From: a virus
Taxonomy: Duplodnaviria > Heunggongvirae > Uroviricota > Caudoviricetes
DNA: 13,080 nt
Virus record (IMG/VR): IMGVR_UViG_3300009285_000002
Reading direction: 5' to 3' (one strand)
Under the pieces are notes generated by a model. It was not told the origin of the DNA. It did no database searches and saw nothing but the letters and a program-made list of their open reading frames with translations. Positions 1 through 7,653 of the stretch are shown piece by piece. Made by a program: the position numbers and the translations under genes. How positions within the stretch are numbered: position 1 is the stretch's first letter; each line of letters begins with the position of its first letter.

Positions 1-7
1 AGCTGTA

Positions 8-838
8 ATGTCTAAAGAAGTAAGATATCTTTATGCAGAGATAGACCGCCCTAATGAATACATATCTGTAGTTCAAGAATACAAACCGGACTTTATTTTA
101 TATAACTGGCACAGGGGCACGATGCCATGGCTGTCAGAAGACCTGGTAGGGTTGTTCAAAGGAATTAAGCACTATTATATATACCATGAAGAGTTCACAA
201 GGGCCAATTATGATAAATATCTTTTCTTTGGAGATTATGATTTTAGCGGTGGGGCTAAGTTTGGTGATAAAAAGGGACTTATTCCTAGACCGTTACTTAA
301 CTATTCAGGAGGCTATGCTAAGAATAAGGTTCTGACAGTCGGAAGTTTTGGTTTTGGATTTTGGCAGAAGGGCTACCACAAACTAACCAAGCTTATAAAT
401 GAGTCGTTTGATAAGGCAGTGATAAATTTCCATATGCCATACTCTCATTTTGGAGACCCACTACATGAACAAGGCGACGCGGTTGAAGCTGCCTGTGTAG
501 AAGCAAATACAAATCCAGGTATAGTACTCAAGATCACTCACGACTTCAGAGATGATAACGGTATTATGGAGTTCTTAGCTGGAAACGATATAAACGTCTT
601 TATGTACGAAGAGAATGGTGAGGGTATATCTAGTGTAGTAGACTACGCTCTTTCCGTTAAGAGACCTATAGCCGTCTCTGGCTCAAGAATGTTCCGTCAC
701 ATAGTAAATGATAGCATATTGCTACCAGATAATTCTATAGGTGATGTACTGTCGAGGGGTACATCACCACTCGACATGCTAAGAGATAGGTGGTCTACAG
801 ATAAGTTTGTAGCAAAATTGGACGAGGAATTTAAATGA
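8..838 (+). CDS. Glycosyltransferase-like protein (GT-B/GT4-like), paralog of 1467-2387
   Basis: 276-aa ORF. C-terminal half (VGSFGFGFWQKGY ... NDINVFMYEENGEGISSVVDYALSVKRPIAVS) resembles the nucleotide-sugar-binding domain of GT-B enzymes. Shares several motifs with 1467-2387. The stop overlaps the next start (ATGA, 835-838). Family call is by motif resemblance only. Confidence 0.55.
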   Translation: MSKEVRYLYAEIDRPNEYISVVQEYKPDFILYNWHRGTMPWLSEDLVGLFKGIKHYYIYHEEFTRANYDKYLFFGDYDFSGGAKFGDKKGLIPRPLLNYSGGYAKNKVLTVGSFGFGFWQKGYHKLTKLINESFDKAVINFHMPYSHFGDPLHEQGDAVEAACVEANTNPGIVLKITHDFRDDNGIMEFLAGNDINVFMYEENGEGISSVVDYALSVKRPIAVSGSRMFRHIVNDSILLPDNSIGDVLSRGTSPLDMLRDRWSTDKFVAKLDEEFK

Positions 839-1470
839 GATATAACATATTACTCACGGATTCACATAGAGAATATTACAAACCACTTATCGAAAGGATG
901 TTTGAAACCTGTCCAGAAATGATGTCAAGAAAGATTAAATTGGCCAATGTGCAGCAAGCATTCATACTAGACAGTGTGGAGCAGGAAATATCCTCAAACG
1001 AATGTATTCCTATTTTATGCGTAGGCTCGTTTGAAGACACGGCGTATGAGTGCCTGTTAAGAGATGGAAAGCAGGTAGTTGGCATAGACCCAGATATAAA
1101 TGAGGACCTACATACATTTGCTGAGCACACGGAACACGGCTCATTTGGTGTTATATTCTCCACGTCAGTTATAGAACACGTGCATGACGACGAGCAGTTT
1201 ATAACGGACATATGCAGTCTTCTAAGACCTGGTGGACTTGCGGTGCTCACATGTGATTTCAATAACAGCTATGAGCCGGGTGACACACTGCCATATTCGG
1301 ACGTTAGATTCTATACAGAAGACGATTTGAAAAATAGACTAGGGAAGGTAATACATATGTGCAATTGTGAGTGGACGTGTGATATGAATTGGGTGGGTAA
1401 ACCGGATTTTATTCATGACAACTGCAGCTATAGCTTTGCTACTGTTTCTTTTAGAAAGGCTAGCAAATGA
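835..1470 (+). CDS. Class I SAM-dependent methyltransferase
   Basis: Degenerate motif I (ILCVGSFED), motif II region (VVGIDP), and the typical post-II/IV block FGVIFSTSVIEHVHDDEQFITDICSLLRPGGLAVLT seen in Methyltransf_11/23-type proteins. ATGA overlaps at both ends. Confidence 0.8.
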   Translation: MRYNILLTDSHREYYKPLIERMFETCPEMMSRKIKLANVQQAFILDSVEQEISSNECIPILCVGSFEDTAYECLLRDGKQVVGIDPDINEDLHTFAEHTEHGSFGVIFSTSVIEHVHDDEQFITDICSLLRPGGLAVLTCDFNNSYEPGDTLPYSDVRFYTEDDLKNRLGKVIHMCNCEWTCDMNWVGKPDFIHDNCSYSFATVSFRKASK

Positions 1471-2387
1471 ACGGATTGTTTGTAAATAGTATGAAGAGCA
1501 ACTGCTCCATTTATGAGAGCGGTCTTATGGTGTATAATGCCCTTAAGGGTAGCGAACACAGATTAGAATATATGGAAGTAGATAAACAGTTTATGAATGA
1601 GGCTATATATTCTGGCTATGACTTTTATATATTTAATTGGCATCATAATACCATGCCGATAGCAAAAGAAACTATATCTAGGATAAAGGGTATTAAGATA
1701 GGGATACTATTAGAGGTTGGGCCTACCGAGTACAGTCCTTTTATGAAAGAGGATTTGTTTGATGCTTATATGGTATTAGACCCCACTAAGGAAAGATCAG
1801 GTAAGTACTACCCGTTTCCACGACCGCTTGAAAGTGTGGATAACCTACTGCCACTTATATCCGAAGACGTGCCGGTATTTGGTACATTCGGGTTTCTGGT
1901 GCCCGGAAAGAACTTTGCCGAGGTTCTACAACAGGCTAATAATCTTGGGGAAGACTGCATATTAAGAATGAACTTTCCAGATGCCTCATTTACCGGTGTA
2001 TCATTCAGTGATGTAAAGAACTTTGCAAGTAGACTACATATGTTTAAGAACAGTAATGTGGATCTAAGGATTACTCACGACTATATGAACAAACAGGATC
2101 TAATAAGGTGGTGCTCACAGAATACGCTTAACGTGTTTCCATATTATAGAGATCTTCCTGGTCTAAGCGCGGTCACCGACCAGGCAATAGTAGCTGGTAG
2201 GGGAATAGCAATTACAAACTGTAATACTTTTAGACACATGCATAAATATATAAATAGCTTTCCAAGGGAGACGTATATGGAGTTAAGCCGTTCCTCACTT
2301 CCCGGCGTAAAGAGAATGCAGGAGGATTGGAGCAATATTAATTTCGTGACTGAATTTAAGGCCCTTATGCTAGATATGACGGAATAG
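1467..2387 (+). CDS. Glycosyltransferase-like protein (GT-B/GT4-like), paralog of 8-838
   Basis: 306-aa ORF. Motifs FNWHHNTMP, PRPL, FGTFGF, LRITHDY, NVFPY, GLSAVTDQA and FRHM match YNWHRGTMP, PRPL, VGSFGF, LKITHDF, NVFMY, GISSVVDYA and FRHI in the first ORF. Confidence 0.55.
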   Translation: MNGLFVNSMKSNCSIYESGLMVYNALKGSEHRLEYMEVDKQFMNEAIYSGYDFYIFNWHHNTMPIAKETISRIKGIKIGILLEVGPTEYSPFMKEDLFDAYMVLDPTKERSGKYYPFPRPLESVDNLLPLISEDVPVFGTFGFLVPGKNFAEVLQQANNLGEDCILRMNFPDASFTGVSFSDVKNFASRLHMFKNSNVDLRITHDYMNKQDLIRWCSQNTLNVFPYYRDLPGLSAVTDQAIVAGRGIAITNCNTFRHMHKYINSFPRETYMELSRSSLPGVKRMQEDWSNINFVTEFKALMLDMTE

Positions 2388-2425
2388 ATATATTCGCAGC
2401 AAGCAAGGCGGACTGGAGAAGTTAA

Positions 2426-3979
2426 TTGTCAATTAAAGTAAAACCAACCCCGGACGAGATGGCACTATTTGAGATTTTGCGGCACCCGATTTTTTGCACA
2501 GAATTCATATATAATATAGATAGAACAGAGGAGTTTGATGACCGATTTGAATTCTCCTGGTACCAAGAAGAGATACTGTGTGACTTCAACGACCACGTCT
2601 CAGTTGCTACATGCAGAGCAAGTGGAAAAACGGTGTCGTTGTCATCTATAATAATATGGATGCTGGTGTTTCAAGTATTCCCAGATGATTATATTCTATA
2701 CACCGTACCCAGTAAAGTACATCTTGAGCCGGTATTTACTAATCTAGTGCGACAATTTAGATCTAATTCTTTCCTAAAAAACTTTCTTGACAAGGGCTCA
2801 GGAATTAATGGTTCTGACTACAAGATAACATTGCTAAATCAATCATCACTGCTATGTCGTATAGCCGGACAGTCTGGAACCGGCGCAAACCTAATCGGTC
2901 TGCATACTCCAATAATACTGGTGGACGAGGGCGGATACTTCCCACTTCCGGCTTTTCAAGAAATGCAGCCGTCATTGAACGTGTGGACTCCTGGATATAG
3001 AGAAATGGTGGCAGGAGTGCCAACAGGACTACGAGAGGGGAACGTTCTATATATGTCTGATGTTGACAATGCGTCATATACTAAGCATAGAGTTTCAGCG
3101 CATGATAATCCAAGGGTAACTGAGGGTGATATTGAGAGATTTAAAATTCAATATGGTGGTGAAGACACCGATGACTACATCCACTATGTAATGGGTCAGC
3201 ACGGTAAACCCGTATTTTCACTATTTGATAGAAATCTATTGGAAATAGAAACATACCCTGTAACTAAGTTGGATATTGACGGAATCAAGATGTCAGATAA
3301 CCTAGCAGATATAGTTACAAAACTATCCGTATTCCCGTCAATAAAGCATAAGGACTATGGCGTAATAATGGGTATAGATCTTGGGTACACCGAGCCAACA
3401 GCTATATTCATAATGTATATTGATGCCAATGACAGAATAAAATTCCATGGCAAAATCAAGCTATCTAAAGTATCATATCCTATACAGGAGAAGATAATAG
3501 ATATGCTTGACACCAAGTTCAAGCCTCAGCTAATAGGAATGGATGAAGGTAATGCGGGTAAGTCCGTAAGACAGCATCTTGTACAGGATAAGGAATACAT
3601 GCATAAGAACTACGATAAAAGGCTGGTAAGCATAGATTTCTCGTCGTCACTTGTTATAGGTATAGATTCAAATGGTGCCGAAATAAAATCTAAAACTAAG
3701 CCGTTCACCGTATCGGTTCTTCAGGATTATTCAAATAACCACAAGATTGTGTACTCAACCACAGACACAGATACGATATCAGAACTAGAGAGAATGACAT
3801 ACACAAAGAGTGTAAATGGTGACATAGCATATAGAACTCTCACCGATAGGGGTGGTAAAAAGGGGGAGGATCACTTTACCTCGGCTCTACTATGTGGTAT
3901 AGGAGCATATCATTTAACTAATGGAATGGTCTTTGAAAGGGAAAGAAAACCCCTAATGAGGCCATCATGGGTACTTTAA
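2426..3979 (+). CDS. terL: Terminase large subunit
   Basis: 517 aa, TTG start behind a GGAG Shine-Dalgarno. Walker A-like ATCRASGKT, Walker B ILVDEGG, RNase H-like nuclease motif GIDLG and C-terminal EDHF. Sits immediately upstream of a portal-sized gene. Confidence 0.92.
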   Translation: MSIKVKPTPDEMALFEILRHPIFCTEFIYNIDRTEEFDDRFEFSWYQEEILCDFNDHVSVATCRASGKTVSLSSIIIWMLVFQVFPDDYILYTVPSKVHLEPVFTNLVRQFRSNSFLKNFLDKGSGINGSDYKITLLNQSSLLCRIAGQSGTGANLIGLHTPIILVDEGGYFPLPAFQEMQPSLNVWTPGYREMVAGVPTGLREGNVLYMSDVDNASYTKHRVSAHDNPRVTEGDIERFKIQYGGEDTDDYIHYVMGQHGKPVFSLFDRNLLEIETYPVTKLDIDGIKMSDNLADIVTKLSVFPSIKHKDYGVIMGIDLGYTEPTAIFIMYIDANDRIKFHGKIKLSKVSYPIQEKIIDMLDTKFKPQLIGMDEGNAGKSVRQHLVQDKEYMHKNYDKRLVSIDFSSSLVIGIDSNGAEIKSKTKPFTVSVLQDYSNNHKIVYSTTDTDTISELERMTYTKSVNGDIAYRTLTDRGGKKGEDHFTSALLCGIGAYHLTNGMVFERERKPLMRPSWVL

Positions 3980-3982
3980 AAA

Positions 3983-5506
3983 ATGGCAAATAAACAGAAA
4001 GATGTTGTAAAAGAAATACCTCAGCTACTAAAAGCTGAGGCAGGGTTGCAGGCATACGCGGCTAGTACTAACGTATGGAAAGATGCCAAAACATATTCTA
4101 ATAGCATAGTTGATAAGGATTCCTTCTCAGATATGGTTACGCTGTGTAGATTTTTCTACAAAACGGAGCCCGTGGTGTCAACTGTTATCAATAAGTTAGT
4201 CGAAATAGGTATTAATGATATAATTATATCTAAGAATGGGCTGTCAGACAATGAATTTAGGGTGTTTCTAGCTCTAAAGCCGCGTTTGCTAGAATTCTCA
4301 GAGACAATAGCGCAGGAGCTACTGCTATCTGGGCTTGTTGTTCCAGAAATAGGGTATGGTCCGATGGCTAAAGATGAGCTATTTGAGCTTGGAATAAAAA
4401 AGTACAATAGACTTATATTTCCAATTAGCATGTGGGTTAGAGATCCAAACTCAATAGATATAAGCTCATCTATAATGTCGGATTCTCCGTCATATTATGT
4501 GCTTATACCAGACGAGGTTGTGTACTTCGTTAAAAATAGCGGAAAGTACAGTAATGGGAACGTAGACGTGGACCTGTTTAAGAACCTTAAGGTATACTAC
4601 CCCGATTTCGTTAAAAAGGTACTTGCAGGTGAGACTAAATTCCTTATTGATAATAAGCTTATAATTCGTAGAAAATACCTGTCAGATAATCCATATCCAA
4701 TACCATACATATCATCGTCGCTAGATGCTTTGCAGCATAAGAGAAGAATGAGGCGTATGGATTACTCTATAATGGATAAGGTAATAAGTGCCATAATGCA
4801 CGTAAAAGTTGGGTCTGATGACTACCCAGTCACGAGTTCTGAAGAGGATAAGACGGTGTTTACTGATCTAAGAAATCAGTTAATGCTGCGATTTCAGTCA
4901 GATCAGAATCTAGAGAGAATCTTTCAGCTCATAACAAACCACACTGTAGAGATAAATTGGGTATTTCCGGAGACCGGCTTATTATCTGATAGTAGTAGAT
5001 ACAACGATATAAATGAAGAGATATTGTTTGGTCTTGGATTCCCTAGAATACTGATAACCGGGGAATCGTCAAAGTCCGGTACATCAAATTCTGAGGTGGC
5101 TATAATGTCGCCAGTAAAGACTATGGAGTCTATAAGACGTAAGATACTTAAGATAATTAAGGATGTATGCAAAACGGTGGCCGAAGAGAACAACTTTAAG
5201 GTTCCCGTAGTAAAGTTTAAAGCACTTAATTTACACTCTTTCGTGGATTTTATGAACAGCCTTGAGAAGTTATATAATATGTCAGGAGTAAGTAGAACGT
5301 CTGTTGGTGAATATCTAGGGTTCGATTTTGAGGAGGAGGCCGATAAACTAGAACTTGAGGAGTCGATAATAGAGAAAAAGGGGTTGTCGGAATTCGGACA
5401 GCAGCCATTTAGCTCCCCAGGAAGATTGGCTGACACACCAGATAATAATAACCCTAACACAGACAAAAAGCAAAAACCTGTCGAAAAGACGGTAAAAACC
5501 GTGTAG
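3983..5506 (+). CDS. Portal protein
   Basis: 507 aa, directly after terL and before the protease/scaffold gene. Helical N-terminal block (CRFFYKTEPVVSTVINKLVEIG), GLGFPRILITGE segment and a low-complexity charged C-terminal tail, as in portals. Called mainly from synteny and size. Confidence 0.8.
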   Translation: MANKQKDVVKEIPQLLKAEAGLQAYAASTNVWKDAKTYSNSIVDKDSFSDMVTLCRFFYKTEPVVSTVINKLVEIGINDIIISKNGLSDNEFRVFLALKPRLLEFSETIAQELLLSGLVVPEIGYGPMAKDELFELGIKKYNRLIFPISMWVRDPNSIDISSSIMSDSPSYYVLIPDEVVYFVKNSGKYSNGNVDVDLFKNLKVYYPDFVKKVLAGETKFLIDNKLIIRRKYLSDNPYPIPYISSSLDALQHKRRMRRMDYSIMDKVISAIMHVKVGSDDYPVTSSEEDKTVFTDLRNQLMLRFQSDQNLERIFQLITNHTVEINWVFPETGLLSDSSRYNDINEEILFGLGFPRILITGESSKSGTSNSEVAIMSPVKTMESIRRKILKIIKDVCKTVAEENNFKVPVVKFKALNLHSFVDFMNSLEKLYNMSGVSRTSVGEYLGFDFEEEADKLELEESIIEKKGLSEFGQQPFSSPGRLADTPDNNNPNTDKKQKPVEKTVKTV

Positions 5507-5519
5507 ACCAGGAGTTTAG

Positions 5520-6815
5520 ATGAAAAAAGCAACTGAAATTAACACTGATATTACAGATATAGTACAATTGGTAAGTGTAGAGTCTGTTGAAGAGCAGTTT
5601 GGGTCAGCAATGGCGTCAGCAGTAGCGACAGACCAGGTAGTTACATGGGCCAAATTTATACTAACAGATGATAAACCCAATGCAAACAGACAAAGAATTC
5701 CAGCAGAGGAATTTGACAATCTAATTAACACTGGTGTGTACAAGCCAATCAAGATGGCGTTGGGTGACATTAATGACGGGCACGACGATGCAAAGCCCAT
5801 AGGTGTTATAACCAATTTAGTGAGAGAGGGTAATAAGATAATAGCATTAGCCGCCCTTTGGGATCATGAAAGAGAGGCGGATGTGGCACAGGTTAAGGGG
5901 ATGATGAAATCTGGAAAGTCTGTTAATGTATCTTGGGAAATATTGTATGGAAGATCAAAGCTTATAGATGGTATATCTGATCTATTGGATACAGCGCTAA
6001 AGGCAGTAACTATAGTAGGAATGCCGGCATACGCCGGAAGAACACAGTTACTTGCGGTAGCCGCCAGAAAATGGAGCCCGGCTTACATAGAGAAGTTACC
6101 AGACACGAGCTTTTTATATGTGGATAGTAACGGGGAGCGCTACTTTCCATTCAGAGATGATACGGGTAAGATCGACCAAACTCGCCTACCTATGATAATT
6201 GATGAAATATCACAGGCGCACCTTCCGCAGAACACCCTAAAAAATATTAAACATCAGGTAACTAGGCTAAGCGCCATGATTACCGCAGATGCAAGTATAC
6301 AGGACATATTGGTGGGAGAGGACAACTTTATAACGGAGGAACAAAAATTGGAAACTAAAGAGTTAGAGACTAAGGTATCTGAACTAGAGGTCAAGTTGGC
6401 CCTAGCTAATGATACTCTAGCAAAGAAGGAGCTGGAGCTGGTCAGCGTAAGGGACGCGTCTGATGTTGAAGTTAAGGCGCTAACTGTAGAGTTAGAACCA
6501 TTGCGCGAATTTAAGCAGTCTGCTGATAATGCTGCAGAACGTGTGGAAAAGCTATCGGCCATTAAAGCCAAATTTGATAAGCTAAACCTGGAAAAAGCCG
6601 CGGAATATTTTGATGACAACGCTGATAAGCTGCTCGGTATGGATGAAAACGGTATTGACTTTATGCTACAAGAAATGATAGCGTTTAAAGAAGATGTCAC
6701 AAATGTAGGTAATGCATCAGAAGACAGGCTTAAGCTGCCGAATATATCTGGTAGTGGTGGCAAGATGTCCATAACCGATTTGGCCGTTGCGTTACGCGAA
6801 AGAAGCAAGAAATAA
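5520..6815 (+). CDS. Prohead maturation protease fused to a coiled-coil scaffold domain
   Basis: N-terminal domain has GHDD (His88) and VSWEI (Ser138), a spacing like the His/Ser dyad of HK97-type prohead proteases, followed by AVTIVGMPAY. The C-terminal ~160 aa are Glu/Lys/Leu-rich with heptad character. Lies between portal and capsid genes. Confidence 0.75.
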   Translation: MKKATEINTDITDIVQLVSVESVEEQFGSAMASAVATDQVVTWAKFILTDDKPNANRQRIPAEEFDNLINTGVYKPIKMALGDINDGHDDAKPIGVITNLVREGNKIIALAALWDHEREADVAQVKGMMKSGKSVNVSWEILYGRSKLIDGISDLLDTALKAVTIVGMPAYAGRTQLLAVAARKWSPAYIEKLPDTSFLYVDSNGERYFPFRDDTGKIDQTRLPMIIDEISQAHLPQNTLKNIKHQVTRLSAMITADASIQDILVGEDNFITEEQKLETKELETKVSELEVKLALANDTLAKKELELVSVRDASDVEVKALTVELEPLREFKQSADNAAERVEKLSAIKAKFDKLNLEKAAEYFDDNADKLLGMDENGIDFMLQEMIAFKEDVTNVGNASEDRLKLPNISGSGGKMSITDLAVALRERSKK

Positions 6816-6855
6816 TTATAAATTGGCATGTTGAGATACATGAAGGAGACTTATT

Positions 6856-7425
6856 TTGGAAATTAATGAATTTGAGGACGTTTTAGGAGTTATGCCGGTT
6901 GAGGATATTGTGGAGGGACGTTTCGTTCTGTTCACATCACATTCATTCTCAAACGATTTTGGAAGTGACACAGACCTACCTGGTGTTAAACTTCCGGATA
7001 CCGCAGAGGAAGCTAAAAGAGCAGTATACTGCCTAACTTGGAAAGTGGATAATACCGCCTTCCCTCACTACGCAGTTCCTAGCTTTGACTTTGCCGAAAG
7101 GGGTGGCTGGAATCAAGCAGCTAACGCCCCCTTTAGTACTACTGTATACCTGACACACCCAGGGAATCAAGAGGGACTTACTATTCCATCTGGCGTATCA
7201 GCCCTTGCTTATACTGAAGGCACTTTCACAATCCCGTCCGGCGCTTACATCTATAATGCAAGTATTATAGTACCGGGAGCGGCCCTTATAGTAGCTGACA
7301 CAGCTACAGACGGTGCTGGCGAAGCTGGAAAGATTAAATACACTGCCACACTTGCTGTAGGTGTCGTGGGTGAAACCAGAGAGTATGATGCTACTACTGG
7401 ACGCCTAACAGTAAAGATTAAGTAG
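6856..7425 (+). CDS. Probable capsid decoration/cement protein
   Basis: 189 aa, TTG start with strong SD (AAGGAG). Rich in Gly/Ala/Thr/Val and likely beta-structured. Lies between the scaffold and MCP genes, where lambda gpD-like decoration genes are found. Inference from position and composition. Confidence 0.55.
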   Translation: MEINEFEDVLGVMPVEDIVEGRFVLFTSHSFSNDFGSDTDLPGVKLPDTAEEAKRAVYCLTWKVDNTAFPHYAVPSFDFAERGGWNQAANAPFSTTVYLTHPGNQEGLTIPSGVSALAYTEGTFTIPSGAYIYNASIIVPGAALIVADTATDGAGEAGKIKYTATLAVGVVGETREYDATTGRLTVKIK

Positions 7426-7447
7426 TTTAATAGGAGAATTTAAAAAC

Positions 7448-7653
7448 ATGGATGAATTGAAATTAAAGGAAGCCTTCGCCTCTCTAATTAAGGAAGGAAA
7501 GCGCGAGGCCCTTGCTCAGCTTATAGTTGAGTATGTACAGCCAGGTCACATTTCTGCGGATTTTGTCAGTCTTTTACTTGACTCAAGACGTATGAATGTA
7601 GGTGACGTTCTGGTAAAAAAGGTTCGTAAAGGAATCAAGGTTCACACGCTGGT
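7448..7653 (+). CDS. Major capsid protein exon 1
   Basis: ATG behind an AGGAG SD. Ends at ...CTG GT (phase 2). GCTGGT pairs with intron GCCAGC (P1), with U.G at the splice site. Confidence 0.88.

Noticed and set aside
2426-3979. Intein or intron in terL, a common insertion target
   Set aside because: The ORF is continuous, of normal size, and shows no Cys/Ser...His-Asn intein ends or intron core motifs.
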